A stretch of 64,000 nucleotides of DNA from Pontiella sp. (GTDB lineage Bacteria; Verrucomicrobiota; Kiritimatiellia; Kiritimatiellales; Pontiellaceae): contig JBNKHE010000009.1 of assembly GCA_050290185.1 (NCBI GenBank), positions 1 through 64,000 of the forward strand, written 5' to 3'. The position numbers and the translations under genes are program-made. Position 1 is the stretch's first letter. Every line of letters starts with the position of its first letter. Under the pieces are notes generated by a model. It searched no databases and was not told the DNA's origin. It saw nothing but the letters and a program-made list of their open reading frames with translations. Shown one piece after another: positions 16,955 through 26,648 of the stretch.

Positions 16955-17539
16955 ATGTTAACGCGAAAGCAGTATCATCACCTGTTTATAAGCAAGCCTG
17001 CTACGGCATTGTATTTGTCGCGGGGGCGGCGAAAACCAATTCGTCAGCGTCCTCCCGGGAAACTCGGTCCACCATCATATGAGCCGTGGGATATAGTTAT
17101 GACTTATGGGCGCCCGTACTATCCCCTTGGGAAAATATTAATTCCTCTTTGCCGGGATCATCGTACGATGATTTATGAGCGCCAAGCCCGTTTGCTTGTA
17201 GAGCTAGGCATTCCAGAGAGGGTTGTTCTGGCTTATCAGGAAGTCTTGCTCCTTTATCTAGAAAATATAGCCATTACTCGCGTCGTGAAATTATTTGGGA
17301 TTTCAGCGCTTCGCAAAGCTCTTCCAGAAATCCAGACACGCAATGAAGCTGTTACTTTAATGACTCGTGCGCACAGCCTGACGGCAAATGAAGGCCAGCT
17401 TCTACAAACAATCCTTCCCAACAGAATCCCGATACTGCCGGTAGATGAAGTGCAAGAGACATGGAAAGAAGCTTTAGCCTCCATGGAGAACGAAGCTTAT
17501 CAGCAGTTTGTGAGAAACCAGGAGCCCCGGCATGGCTGA
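16955..17539 (+). CDS. Hypothetical protein
   Basis: 194-aa ORF downstream of a good promoter; overlaps the next gene; no family recognised. Confidence 0.55.
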   Translation: MLTRKQYHHLFISKPATALYLSRGRRKPIRQRPPGKLGPPSYEPWDIVMTYGRPYYPLGKILIPLCRDHRTMIYERQARLLVELGIPERVVLAYQEVLLLYLENIAITRVVKLFGISALRKALPEIQTRNEAVTLMTRAHSLTANEGQLLQTILPNRIPILPVDEVQETWKEALASMENEAYQQFVRNQEPRHG

Positions 17540-17876
17540 TTTCTTAAATCCTCTGGTTCTCGTATCCGTGGTCGCCTTGGTCATAGGGATCGGATTCCTC
17601 GCGGAATGGTTAGAGAGGAAAAAAGAGCTCTATCAGATTTCGCGACAACTCCAAAATGGCGAGCCTACCTGTGGAACTTGCGCGAAACGGTGCACCAAGC
17701 TATGTCTCCATGGGGTAGGGTTGACTGCAAAAATGAGACCCGCCTGCGAACAATTCGATTTATCGCCCCAGTATATTCACATCGGAGAAGCCAAAGGGTT
17801 CTTCTACACATACAGCCTTCGTGTTTTGGCCATCATCGCAACGATAGGGGCATTGGCATGGGGATGTTTTTTCTGA
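17532..17876 (+). CDS. Hypothetical two-TM membrane protein with a Cys-rich loop
   Basis: Hydrophobic N- and C-terminal segments; CGTCAKRCTKLC...PACEQF; SD AGGAG. Confidence 0.65.
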   Translation: MADFLNPLVLVSVVALVIGIGFLAEWLERKKELYQISRQLQNGEPTCGTCAKRCTKLCLHGVGLTAKMRPACEQFDLSPQYIHIGEAKGFFYTYSLRVLAIIATIGALAWGCFF

Positions 17877-18040
17877 ATACAAACCTGATCGACTCTGCGA
17901 TAAAATCTTTACTATTACCCATAGCTTAGAATCATTGGATAATGGTTGGTGGATTGGTTGGTTTTTGGTCGCTGAATTTCTCAAAGTTCGTGATGTTTCA
18001 GGCGATGCTTGAAAAATGGGTGGAAACTCGCGATAAGTGC

Positions 18041-18072
18041 AAAAATAAAGGCCGGAACGTGTGTTCCGGCCT
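18041..18072 (-). terminator. Intrinsic terminator of tRNA-Met
   Basis: AGGCCGGAAC-loop-GTTCCGGCCT 10-bp stem, followed by TTATTTTT on the minus strand. Confidence 0.85.
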
Positions 18073-18079
18073 CTAAAAT

Positions 18080-18156
<77 letters not shown>

Positions 18157-18258
18157 GTCATTTCTCGTTAAGAGGTGGGCGAAGATATAGGATTCGCTTT
18201 GGGTTGCAAGGGGGAAATTGCAATTTTTTTTGTTTGAGGTTTGGGGGGGTGGGGTTTC

Positions 18259-18287
18259 TTGACGGGACCGGGTTGGTTGGGTAGCTT
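18259..18287 (+). promoter_or_regulatory. Putative sigma70 promoter of rpe
   Basis: TTGACG-17 nt-TAGCTT. Confidence 0.55.
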
Positions 18288-18316
18288 TTCTTTCGATTTT
18301 GCTTAGGGGACGAATT

Positions 18317-18991
18317 ATGCAGGGTATTCAAATCATGCCTTCGATTCTGGCGGCGGACTTTGGTCATTTGGCCGAGGGGTGCCGTCGCGCGGAAGCGGCT
18401 GGAGCGGACCAGATCCATGTGGATGTGATGGATGGCGTATTCGTGCCAAATATCAGCTTCGGGCCTGGTGTGGTGAAGATGGCCGCCGCGAATGTCGAGG
18501 TTCCGCGGAATGTGCATTTGATGGTGACGCATCCGCAGGATCACATCCTGGCGTTTGCGGATGCGGGGTCGGATACGATTTTGATCCATATCGAGGCGAA
18601 ATGCGATGTGCCTGAAACATTGGCGGCGATACGCGCCTTGGGCAAACGTGCAGGCATTACCCTGAATCCCGAAACGCCGGTTGAGAGCATTTTCGAATGT
18701 TTGGAAAACCGCTGGGTGGACGAAGTGCTGGTGATGTCGGTCCATCCGGGCTTCGGCGGCCAGAAATATCTTTCCCATGTGGAGGAGAAGGTCTCAGCCA
18801 TCCGGCGCAAGGCCGACTGGGTCGATATTTCGATCGACGGCGGCATTGATGATAAAACGGTTGGTCCGGCTGCGGCGCACGGCGTAAACCTTTTCGTGGC
18901 CGGTTCCTATCTGTTTAGGCAGGATGACATGACGGCGGCCATTGCGGGCTTGCGGGAAACCGCGAAAGCTGAATATTGCAAACAGCTGTAG
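18317..18991 (+). CDS. rpe: Ribulose-phosphate 3-epimerase
   Basis: PSILAADF, IHVDVMDGVFVPNISFG, VHLMV, VMSVHPGFGGQ, IDGGI. Confidence 0.96.
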   Translation: MQGIQIMPSILAADFGHLAEGCRRAEAAGADQIHVDVMDGVFVPNISFGPGVVKMAAANVEVPRNVHLMVTHPQDHILAFADAGSDTILIHIEAKCDVPETLAAIRALGKRAGITLNPETPVESIFECLENRWVDEVLVMSVHPGFGGQKYLSHVEEKVSAIRRKADWVDISIDGGIDDKTVGPAAAHGVNLFVAGSYLFRQDDMTAAIAGLRETAKAEYCKQL

Positions 18992-19115
18992 CCCCCGGAC
19001 ATGCCGTTCCTCCGTGCTCCCTGTCCCTCTGTGTGAGAACAATAGATCGCGCCCGCTTCGCTTGAGGCCGCTGAGCTGGCAGAGGATCCCATTCGGTGTT
19101 TGGCCTGGGTTGAAA

Positions 19116-20576
19116 TTATTTTTTCCAGACGGTCAGGTCGCTCGGGGCGGGTTCGGTTTTGAAGGCGCGGCTGGCGAGCCAGGCGATACCGAAGCATAGG
19201 GCGAACGAGAAGGGGATGTAGTAGATCTCATGGACGTTTGTCGCCTTCTGCAACCACACGCTGAACAGGATCGATGCTGTTGCGCCGATCAGCCATCCCT
19301 TGAAGTTTCCCCGGCGCGTCAAGGTGCCCAGCAGGAAAAGGGCGAGTACCGGCGCGCTGAAGGTGCCCATGAAGGTGAGGAAGGCCTTCAGGATGCTGTC
19401 GAGCGATGAGACATAGAAGGCGATGGCTGTTGCCGCTACGCCGAGGGCAACGGTCAAGATGCGGGCCATGGAAACGTCCGTGAAGCGCGATCCGTGAGGC
19501 GTGATGTTAAAATCCTTGATCAATACCGTCGCGATGGAGTTGATGCCGGAGTCCATGCTGGACATGGCGGCGGCAAAGACGGCGGTGATGACCAGACCCG
19601 AGATGCCCTGGGGCAGGTAGTGGATGATGTAGTAGGGCATGACTTTTTCGCCGGCGATCCCGCTGGGTAGTTCCGTATGTTGGAAGAAGGCGAAGAGCCC
19701 GAGGCCGATGAACAGCAAAAGCCCGATCACGAGGAAGTCGGTGCAGGCGTTGAAGGCGACCGATTTGACTGTCTTGCGCAGCGATCCGGTCGCCATGAGC
19801 CGCTGGACGGATACCTGGTCGGTGCCGTAGTCCTGCATCAGCTGCAGGAAATAGGAGATGGCGACGGCTGGGCCGGTAAGGGCAAACAGGTTCGGTCTCC
19901 ACTCGGCAATGTGCAACCGTCCGGTTTCCTTGGCTACGGCCATGATGTGGCCGGCCCCACCATCGACTCCGTGGATCAGGCTGGCGGCCATCCAGACCGC
20001 GCCGCCAATCAGGATGATGAATTGGATGACGTCGGTCCAGACGACGGCCGCGAGCCCTCCCATCGCGGTGTAGGCGGTGGCGAGGATGCCCATCGTGCAG
20101 ATGCAGCCCCAAAGCGGTATGTCCGTGGCAATGGACATGGCGAGCGCCGGGGCGTAGATCACCGTGCCGAGCCAGCCGAGACGCGCCAGTACAAACAGGC
20201 CGGCCACACTCCGGTGCGCGCCCTGCCCAAAGCGTTGGTTGATGTATTCGTAGGAGGTGGTTACGCCGAGCCGGTGGTAGATGGGGTAGAAGATCAGCAA
20301 AATGAACGGGGCGACGACGGGGCTGATGATGCAGACCAGGATCATGGCGATGTTGCTGGCGTAGGCCGTGCCGGGAATGACGAGATAGGTCACGGCGCTG
20401 GTGAGCGAGGCATACATGCTCATGGCGACGGCCAGCCAGGGGAGTTTACGGCCGGCGAGAAAGAACATTTCGGCATTGTTCTGCTTGCGGGAAAAGAATG
20501 CGCCAATGCCGAGCATGGCTGCCAGATAGAGGACGAGAATGATATAATTCAGGAGGCCGAAGGTGCTCATCGCCAT
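19116..20576 (-). CDS. Sodium:solute symporter (SSS family, sugar/sialic-acid-like)
   Basis: FFLAGRKLPW, YTAMGGLAAVVWTDVIQ, GTDQVSVQR, AAAMSSMDSGINS; multiple TM segments. Confidence 0.92.
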   Translation of the reverse strand: MAMSTFGLLNYIILVLYLAAMLGIGAFFSRKQNNAEMFFLAGRKLPWLAVAMSMYASLTSAVTYLVIPGTAYASNIAMILVCIISPVVAPFILLIFYPIYHRLGVTTSYEYINQRFGQGAHRSVAGLFVLARLGWLGTVIYAPALAMSIATDIPLWGCICTMGILATAYTAMGGLAAVVWTDVIQFIILIGGAVWMAASLIHGVDGGAGHIMAVAKETGRLHIAEWRPNLFALTGPAVAISYFLQLMQDYGTDQVSVQRLMATGSLRKTVKSVAFNACTDFLVIGLLLFIGLGLFAFFQHTELPSGIAGEKVMPYYIIHYLPQGISGLVITAVFAAAMSSMDSGINSIATVLIKDFNITPHGSRFTDVSMARILTVALGVAATAIAFYVSSLDSILKAFLTFMGTFSAPVLALFLLGTLTRRGNFKGWLIGATASILFSVWLQKATNVHEIYYIPFSFALCFGIAWLASRAFKTEPAPSDLTVWKK

Positions 20577-20580
20577 GCGG

Positions 20581-21771
20581 TCAGAGGTAGAGGGTTTCGT
20601 TCTCGCTGACAATGTCGTTCAGAGCGATGTAGAGAATGTGTTCCAGCTCTTTGTCGGTGAGGGATATGGGATTGCCCTTCATGCTGCTGGCCTTCCTGCT
20701 CTTTTCAATGATGGCCGGGAAGTCGTCCTCGGTAACCCCGAATGCTTCCAGTCCGGGAACTTTGAGGTGCACGCAGGTTTCTTCCAGCCAGTCAACGCCG
20801 GCTTTGAGGGTCGCATTGGAACTGTTGGTGATAATCCGAACCACCTCCAGGTATTTTCCTAATGCGGGGCCACTGGCATCGCGTTCCTGAAGGGCCTGAA
20901 TGTTGGCCACGCATGCTCCCGGGAGCAGTGCGGCGCACACCATGCCGTGCGGGGCCTTGAACATGCCGCCGATCGGTCCGGCAAAACCGTGTACGGCACC
21001 CAGACCGGCGTTAGCCAGGGCCAACCCGCCGAGCAGGCTGCCCAGGGCCATGTCGGTGCGGGCGCCAAGGTCATCTCCATGGGTATAGGCGCGATGGAGG
21101 GAGCGGGAAACATATTTCAGTCCTTCGCGGCAGATACCATCGGTTAGCGGATTGGCTTTAGCGGAAACAAAGGCTTCGAGTAGTTGGGTGAAGGCATCGA
21201 GCCCCGTACTGGCCGTGACCGCCGGCGGCATGGAGCAGGTGAGCTCGGGGTCAACCAGGGCCACGGTGGGCAGCATGTTCGGATGTCGCATGCTGACCTT
21301 AACCTTGTATTCGGGGGCGAGCAGCACCGCGTTGCGCGTGACTTCGGCACCGGTGCCGGCCGTGGTGGGAATCGCGATGCACGGGGCCGGATCATTCGTC
21401 AGCGGTTCTCCTTTTCCAATGACTTCAAGATAGTCCATCAAGTTGCGCGTGTTGGTCAGCAGCGCCGCAATGGCTTTCCCGGCATCGATGACACTCCCGC
21501 CGCCGAAGGCGACCACAAAGTCGCATTTCTGATCGCGGGCCTGTGCTGCGATAGTGGCGATGCGGTCGGTGGTCGGTTCTTCGGTAATGCTGAATGCAGC
21601 GGGATTTGTACCGCTGTTTTTGAGGGCTTGAAAAACCGGGGTAATCCGTTCGGCGTTGGAGCCGGTTACCAGGGCGGCGCGGCTTCCCATGGTTTTTGCG
21701 AGAGCCGGAAGCTCCCGCAGCTGTCCGGGGCCGAAGATAATGCGCTGGGCTGTGGCAAATTCAAAATTCAT
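20581..21771 (-). CDS. Iron-containing alcohol dehydrogenase
   Basis: GGGSVIDAGK, IPTTAGTGAEVT, GLDAFTQLLE, GAVHGFA, PHG. Confidence 0.93.
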   Translation of the reverse strand: MNFEFATAQRIIFGPGQLRELPALAKTMGSRAALVTGSNAERITPVFQALKNSGTNPAAFSITEEPTTDRIATIAAQARDQKCDFVVAFGGGSVIDAGKAIAALLTNTRNLMDYLEVIGKGEPLTNDPAPCIAIPTTAGTGAEVTRNAVLLAPEYKVKVSMRHPNMLPTVALVDPELTCSMPPAVTASTGLDAFTQLLEAFVSAKANPLTDGICREGLKYVSRSLHRAYTHGDDLGARTDMALGSLLGGLALANAGLGAVHGFAGPIGGMFKAPHGMVCAALLPGACVANIQALQERDASGPALGKYLEVVRIITNSSNATLKAGVDWLEETCVHLKVPGLEAFGVTEDDFPAIIEKSRKASSMKGNPISLTDKELEHILYIALNDIVSENETLYL

Positions 21772-21978
21772 CGGGACGACTCCGCAGGTTGGATCGAAAG
21801 CTTAGCGGGGAGAGGGGACATGTCCAGAATGATTTTAGCAATATGCCCGTCGGTCAGGTTCCTTCAAAAAGGATGAAAAGACCGCTTTCAAAAATAATGC
21901 GAAACAGGCAGAGTATTCGTCTAATTGCGATTTTGGCTTGGAATGGTTTGTATAAAGTAAAACGAGGACGACTGTACT

Positions 21979-23718
21979 ATGAAGGATAAGAAGGAATTCT
22001 ACACGCTGTTGGCCGAACTGGATGGGCAGCCCTACAACGAGTACCGGCAGATGGTTGGCGATTTCGATTTCGCCCGCTATGTGATCAAATGCAACAAGAT
22101 TGATTTTGGTGCGGAAGAAGGCCTCGGTCCGGTATTCACGATCCGCGTGCCGCAGACGATTGCGGAAATCCCTGACTATCTGTTCGACAGCCCCGTGCGC
22201 CGCACGGCCATGGAGGATCTTCTACTTCGCCGCCTGTCGTCCAACATCTCGCGCATTGCCAATTTCGATCACAACGGAATTGCCCGCCGCAATGTTCTCG
22301 TATCTTCGCCGGGCCAGGTCATCCTGCCGCGCAACGCGCTGCTGCTGACCAAGGAATATATCGAAGTACGGGTGAAAATTATTCTGCCGGTTCAGAATGT
22401 CGTGGTTGATGGCGGAACCGAACTTGCGATTGACGGCGAAATGGCCCAGCAGATTTTCTTCGAAGACCTTCCGGAAGTGGTCAGCAACAGCATGTTGTAC
22501 TGCAACATTGACACGGACGAAGCGGATGAATATGTGAACAACATGGAAGATGCCGACCGCCTTCGCCAGTATCTCGGTGCCAGTGGTCAGGTCGCCTTTG
22601 CGGCCGAAGGTTCGATGGTTGCGCGTGTCGGCGGGGAGGATGAGCCCGATTATGAACGGCTTGAGCCGCTCGAGATCGATGATTCCTTGATTGAGGAAGT
22701 CGAAGTGCCGCACGCCGGAAGCATCCGCGGTGTAGGTATCCCCAACGGGTTGACGCTGATTCTCGGCGAGTCCAATGGAGGGCGAGTTGATCTGATGGAT
22801 GCCTTTGCGCAGGGTATCTACAACCATATTCCCGGCGATGGCCGCGAGAAGGTGGTAACCGTTGCCGACGCCGTTAACATCCGCGCCGAAGTCGGCCGTT
22901 CCATCCAGCAGGTCGATATTTCCGCTTTTGCCAAGGAGCTGGGCGATGGAGGGAATCCTTCTTCCTATTCATCCAAGTCCGCCGGCTCCTTTACCTCCCA
23001 GGCCGCATCGACCGTCGAAGCACTGGAAGCCGGAGCCCGCGTGCTGCTGTATGATGAACACTCCTCTTCCTCCACGTTCCTTTCTTCCGATACGCGTGTA
23101 ACTTCGCTGCTTGGCAAGTCTGCGCGCAATACGCTGGCTGCCCGCGCGCGCCAGATGGTGGACGAGCTGGGGATCTCCATGATCGTGGCCGGCAGCAGCC
23201 TGGTGGCCGAGTTCATTCCGATTGCTGACAAGATCCTCAAGGTGGAAAACTTCAAGGTGTCGGATATCACCGAAGAAGCCAAGGCGCTGGACATCGTTCC
23301 GTCTTCCGTGGTGGATGACACGGTCAACCTGTCCTCCATGCTGAGCCGTTCACGTTGGGTCATGCCTAGTTCGATCGATCCGAGCATCGGCCGCGAAGAC
23401 ATTGTTATCGATGCCGACGGGGCGGACTTCCTGCAGTTTGGCCGTTCCATTGTCGATCTTGGTGCCGTCAAGCAGATCAACGACGGCGATCAGGCGCTGG
23501 CGATCGGCTACGTGCTCTACTATTCGAAGCTTCGTTACATGGATGAAGGGTATCCGCTGCGCGAAATCCTCGATCTGGTCGACCGCGACCTGTCGAACGA
23601 AGGACTTAATGCTCTGTCGCGCGATGTCCGCGGCGACCTGGCCCGTCCGCGCCGCTACGAAGTGGCTGCCGCGCTCAACCGTCTGCCGGCCTTCCGCGTC
23701 TCGCATGTAACGGAATAG
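21979..23718 (+). CDS. COG3044-type predicted ABC-class ATPase with degenerate catalytic motifs
   Basis: GIYNHIPGDGRE, IRAEVGR, TSQAA..VEALEAGA, ARPRRYEVAAALNRL are family motifs; the Walker A position reads GESNGGRV. Confidence 0.85.
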   Translation: MKDKKEFYTLLAELDGQPYNEYRQMVGDFDFARYVIKCNKIDFGAEEGLGPVFTIRVPQTIAEIPDYLFDSPVRRTAMEDLLLRRLSSNISRIANFDHNGIARRNVLVSSPGQVILPRNALLLTKEYIEVRVKIILPVQNVVVDGGTELAIDGEMAQQIFFEDLPEVVSNSMLYCNIDTDEADEYVNNMEDADRLRQYLGASGQVAFAAEGSMVARVGGEDEPDYERLEPLEIDDSLIEEVEVPHAGSIRGVGIPNGLTLILGESNGGRVDLMDAFAQGIYNHIPGDGREKVVTVADAVNIRAEVGRSIQQVDISAFAKELGDGGNPSSYSSKSAGSFTSQAASTVEALEAGARVLLYDEHSSSSTFLSSDTRVTSLLGKSARNTLAARARQMVDELGISMIVAGSSLVAEFIPIADKILKVENFKVSDITEEAKALDIVPSSVVDDTVNLSSMLSRSRWVMPSSIDPSIGREDIVIDADGADFLQFGRSIVDLGAVKQINDGDQALAIGYVLYYSKLRYMDEGYPLREILDLVDRDLSNEGLNALSRDVRGDLARPRRYEVAAALNRLPAFRVSHVTE

Positions 23719-23720
23719 GT

Positions 23721-24176
23721 ATGAGGCTGGTTATCCAGCGCGTAAAGCAGGCCTCGGTGACCGTTGATGGGGAGTGCATCTCCGCGATTGGTCCGGGCCT
23801 GCTGGTTCTAGCCGGGGTGTCGCACAGCGACACCCCTTTTGATGCCCGCTATCTGGCCAAAAAAACCGTCCAGTTGCGCATTTTTGAAGATGATGCCGGG
23901 AAAATGAACCGGTCGGTGCAGGATGTGTGCGGTGAAGTGCTGGCGGTCAGCCAGTTCACCCTGTATGGCGACTGTAGCAAGGGGAACCGTCCAGGTTTCA
24001 TTGACGCCGCCCGGCCTGGACTGGGAGAAACCCTGTTCAACGAATATGTGGCTGCGTTGGAGTCGCTGGGCTTTTCGCCTGGGACGGGAAGGTTTGGCGC
24101 AGACATGAAGGTGGAGCTGCTCAATGACGGCCCTGTCACCATCCTGATCGAAAGCACCGGGCGGACCGGGGTGTAG
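23721..24176 (+). CDS. dtd: D-aminoacyl-tRNA deacylase
   Basis: MRLVIQRV, VSQFTL, FGADMKVELLNDGPVT. Confidence 0.96.
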   Translation: MRLVIQRVKQASVTVDGECISAIGPGLLVLAGVSHSDTPFDARYLAKKTVQLRIFEDDAGKMNRSVQDVCGEVLAVSQFTLYGDCSKGNRPGFIDAARPGLGETLFNEYVAALESLGFSPGTGRFGADMKVELLNDGPVTILIESTGRTGV

Positions 24177-24268
24177 CGCCTTCGGAATCGGCTCAGATTG
24201 CTACGGATAAATCTTCTGCATTCGCGGGAATTCGTGTTTATTTCCAGTTGGACTTTACGAGGTAATTT

Positions 24269-25645
24269 ATGGCTAAGCAGAAAACCACCGTGGGAACCAT
24301 TGATAACGAAGTGCTGGCCTTTACGGCCGGGCGTGACGTGGAACTTGATCACGCGCTGATCACGGTCGATTGTATCGGTACCGCGGCCCATGTCACCATG
24401 CTTTCGAAAATGCCGGTCGAGCCGAAACTCATTACCGCAGAGGAGTGCAGGCAGGTCATCGACGGCCTGGTCGAGATTATCGGACTGGCCCAAAAAGGGA
24501 AGTTCAAGATCGAATTGGCCGATCAGGATGTTCACCTTGCGGTGGAGCGTACACTGACCGGAAAACTGGGCGATCTGGGCAAGAAAATCCACACCTGCCG
24601 GAGTCGTAACGATCAGGTGGCGGTCGATTTGCGCCTTTATGCAAAAGAGCAGCTGCTGGCGACGCTGGAAGAAGCCGCTGCACTGGCGGCAGCGCTGATC
24701 GAATTTGGCCGGCAGCATGAAGGCGTTCCCATGGTTGGGCGCACCCATATGCAGCCCGGCATGCCTTCGAGTGTGGGTCTCTGGGCAACCGCCCACGCTG
24801 AGAGTCTGCTGGATGATTGTGTTATCCTGTTTGATGCCTATGATCTGAATGATCAATGCCCGTTGGGTTCGGCTGCAAGTTATGGTGTGCCGTTGCCGAT
24901 TGATCGCTACCTGACCTCAGATCTGCTCGGTTTCAGCCGCCCGACGCATAATGTGCTCTATGCCAATAACGGCCGCGGCAAGATGGAATCGGTTGTGCTG
25001 GGGGCTATGTGCCAGGTCATGCTGACGCTCTCTCGCCTTGCACAGGACTTCATGTTGTTCACCATGCCGGAGTTCGACTATTTCAAGTTGCCCGCCGAAT
25101 TCTGCACTGGCAGTTCGATCATGCCGCAGAAGCAGAATCCAGATGTCTGCGAGCTGGTGCGGGCCAAGGCGTCGCGGGTGAAGGCGGCCGAACTGGGCGT
25201 GTACGACCTGATCAAAGGTTCGCCGACCGGCTATAACCGGGACCTGCAGGAGGCCAAGGAACTTTTCATGGAAGGAGTTTCCACCACGCGTTCCTGCCTG
25301 CGCATCATGGCCCCGATGGTTCAATCGACGACCGTTAATGAACAAAAGCTGATCGATGGATTTTCGCCGGACGTATTCGCTACCGACCGTGCACTGGAAC
25401 TGGTGGGCGAGGGGATGCCATTCCGCGATGCCTATCATTACGTGAAGGAAAATCTGCAGGAACTGGAAAGCATTGATCCGCGGGAAGCGATCCGGCTCAA
25501 GACACACCTCGGCGCGCCACTCGGTCTCGACTGGGACTATTTCACGGGACGTACGGACGCCGTTGTTGAAGCGGTCGGCGATGAAAAGGCAGGGTTCAAT
25601 GAAGCCGTTGCAAAGTTGCTGGAAGTAGAATATCCGCTGGCGTGA
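24269..25645 (+). CDS. argH: Argininosuccinate lyase
   Basis: RSRNDQ, GRTHMQ, GSSIMPQKQNPD, GYNRDLQE, GMPFRDAY. Confidence 0.95.
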   Translation: MAKQKTTVGTIDNEVLAFTAGRDVELDHALITVDCIGTAAHVTMLSKMPVEPKLITAEECRQVIDGLVEIIGLAQKGKFKIELADQDVHLAVERTLTGKLGDLGKKIHTCRSRNDQVAVDLRLYAKEQLLATLEEAAALAAALIEFGRQHEGVPMVGRTHMQPGMPSSVGLWATAHAESLLDDCVILFDAYDLNDQCPLGSAASYGVPLPIDRYLTSDLLGFSRPTHNVLYANNGRGKMESVVLGAMCQVMLTLSRLAQDFMLFTMPEFDYFKLPAEFCTGSSIMPQKQNPDVCELVRAKASRVKAAELGVYDLIKGSPTGYNRDLQEAKELFMEGVSTTRSCLRIMAPMVQSTTVNEQKLIDGFSPDVFATDRALELVGEGMPFRDAYHYVKENLQELESIDPREAIRLKTHLGAPLGLDWDYFTGRTDAVVEAVGDEKAGFNEAVAKLLEVEYPLA

Positions 25646-25705
25646 GTCGTGACGGTTAATGCGAGATTGTAACGCATAACGTCATGCTCGGAAGGGAGGT
25701 TGCTC

Positions 25706-26122
25706 GTGGTTTATCGAGAGGACATACAAATCGAGACCTCCGGTCATCGTGATATGCATGAGATCACCAAGCGGGTGGAGGCCATTGCGGTCCGTTCCGG
25801 AATGAAAAACGGGATTGTGCATGTGTTCAATGAGGGTAGCACCGGGATCATCGGCACCATCGAATATGAGCCGGGGTTGGAGCGCGATCTTCCCGAAATG
25901 CTGGACCGTTTAATTCCTCCGAGTCTCGAGTATGGCCATGAACGCCAGTGGAACGATGGCAACGGCCATTCACACCTTCAGGCCAGTGTGATGGCTCCGG
26001 GGATCACTGTGCCGTTTTCCGGGGGGGAGCTTGTACTCGGTGCCTGGCAGCAGATTTTTCATTTAGAGGCCGACATCAAACCGAGAGATCGCAGGATTGT
26101 GGTTACGGTCATAGGGGAGTAG
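25706..26122 (+). CDS. YjbQ / UPF0047 family protein
   Basis: EYEPGL, DGNGHSHLQA, LGAWQQIF; SD GGGAGG upstream (alternative TTG start at 25700). Confidence 0.9.
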   Translation: MVYREDIQIETSGHRDMHEITKRVEAIAVRSGMKNGIVHVFNEGSTGIIGTIEYEPGLERDLPEMLDRLIPPSLEYGHERQWNDGNGHSHLQASVMAPGITVPFSGGELVLGAWQQIFHLEADIKPRDRRIVVTVIGE

Positions 26123-26208
26123 TGCATACTGCGCATTTCATATTGTTCAAGGGTGCGCGCTTCTAGCCATCACAAGCAATAAGTAATAGGCACTACGCAA
26201 TAAACCTG

Positions 26209-26391
26209 ATGAAAATCTTCATTTCCATTCTTTTTTGGGCAGGCGTCATTTTTCTGGTGGATGGATCGCTGGGACTTGTATTTGAGGAAAAGTGGCAAAA
26301 GTTGGCCCGTGGGGTGGATATCCGCCGGTTGGCTCTCATTGAAATCGGGCTGGCGATGGGGCTTCTGGTTGTTCATTATTTATCTCTCTAA
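26209..26391 (+). CDS. Small two-TM membrane protein
   Basis: 60 aa with two hydrophobic helices; fills the gap on the operon strand. Confidence 0.55.
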   Translation: MKIFISILFWAGVIFLVDGSLGLVFEEKWQKLARGVDIRRLALIEIGLAMGLLVVHYLSL

Positions 26392-26465
26392 GAAGCGGTT
26401 GGGGGATAATTATTGCCAAGGGCCGGAAGACGATGAAATCCGCCATGAATCTCCGATTTGCCTGC

Positions 26466-26494
26466 TTGACTTCTAACCCCCTGCTTTCTATGGT
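26466..26494 (+). promoter_or_regulatory. Sigma70 promoter for tRNA-Gln / prs operon
   Basis: TTGACT-17 nt-TATGGT. Confidence 0.7.
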
Positions 26495-26562
26495 CTTCCG
26501 CTCTTTTGGACTTGGGATAGAAACGGAGGCGGTTGTTTTTGCCTCTTTTTTACTTTTTTCGT

Positions 26563-26636
26563 TGCCCGATAGTGTAATGGAAGCACATGTGACTTTGACT
26601 CATAGGGTCCTGGTTCGAACCCAGGTCGGGCAACCA
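26563..26636 (+). tRNA. tRNA-Gln(TTG)
   Basis: Acceptor TGCCCGA/TCGGGCA, anticodon loop CTTTGAC, T-arm CCTGGTTCGAACCCAGG, encoded CCA. Confidence 0.96.
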
Positions 26637-26648
26637 TCGGTTTAGTAT

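Noticed and set aside
18241..18254. G-rich tract between tRNA-Met and rpe as a contingency locus
   Set aside because: G7 is short and lies upstream of the -35 element, not in a spacer or CDS.
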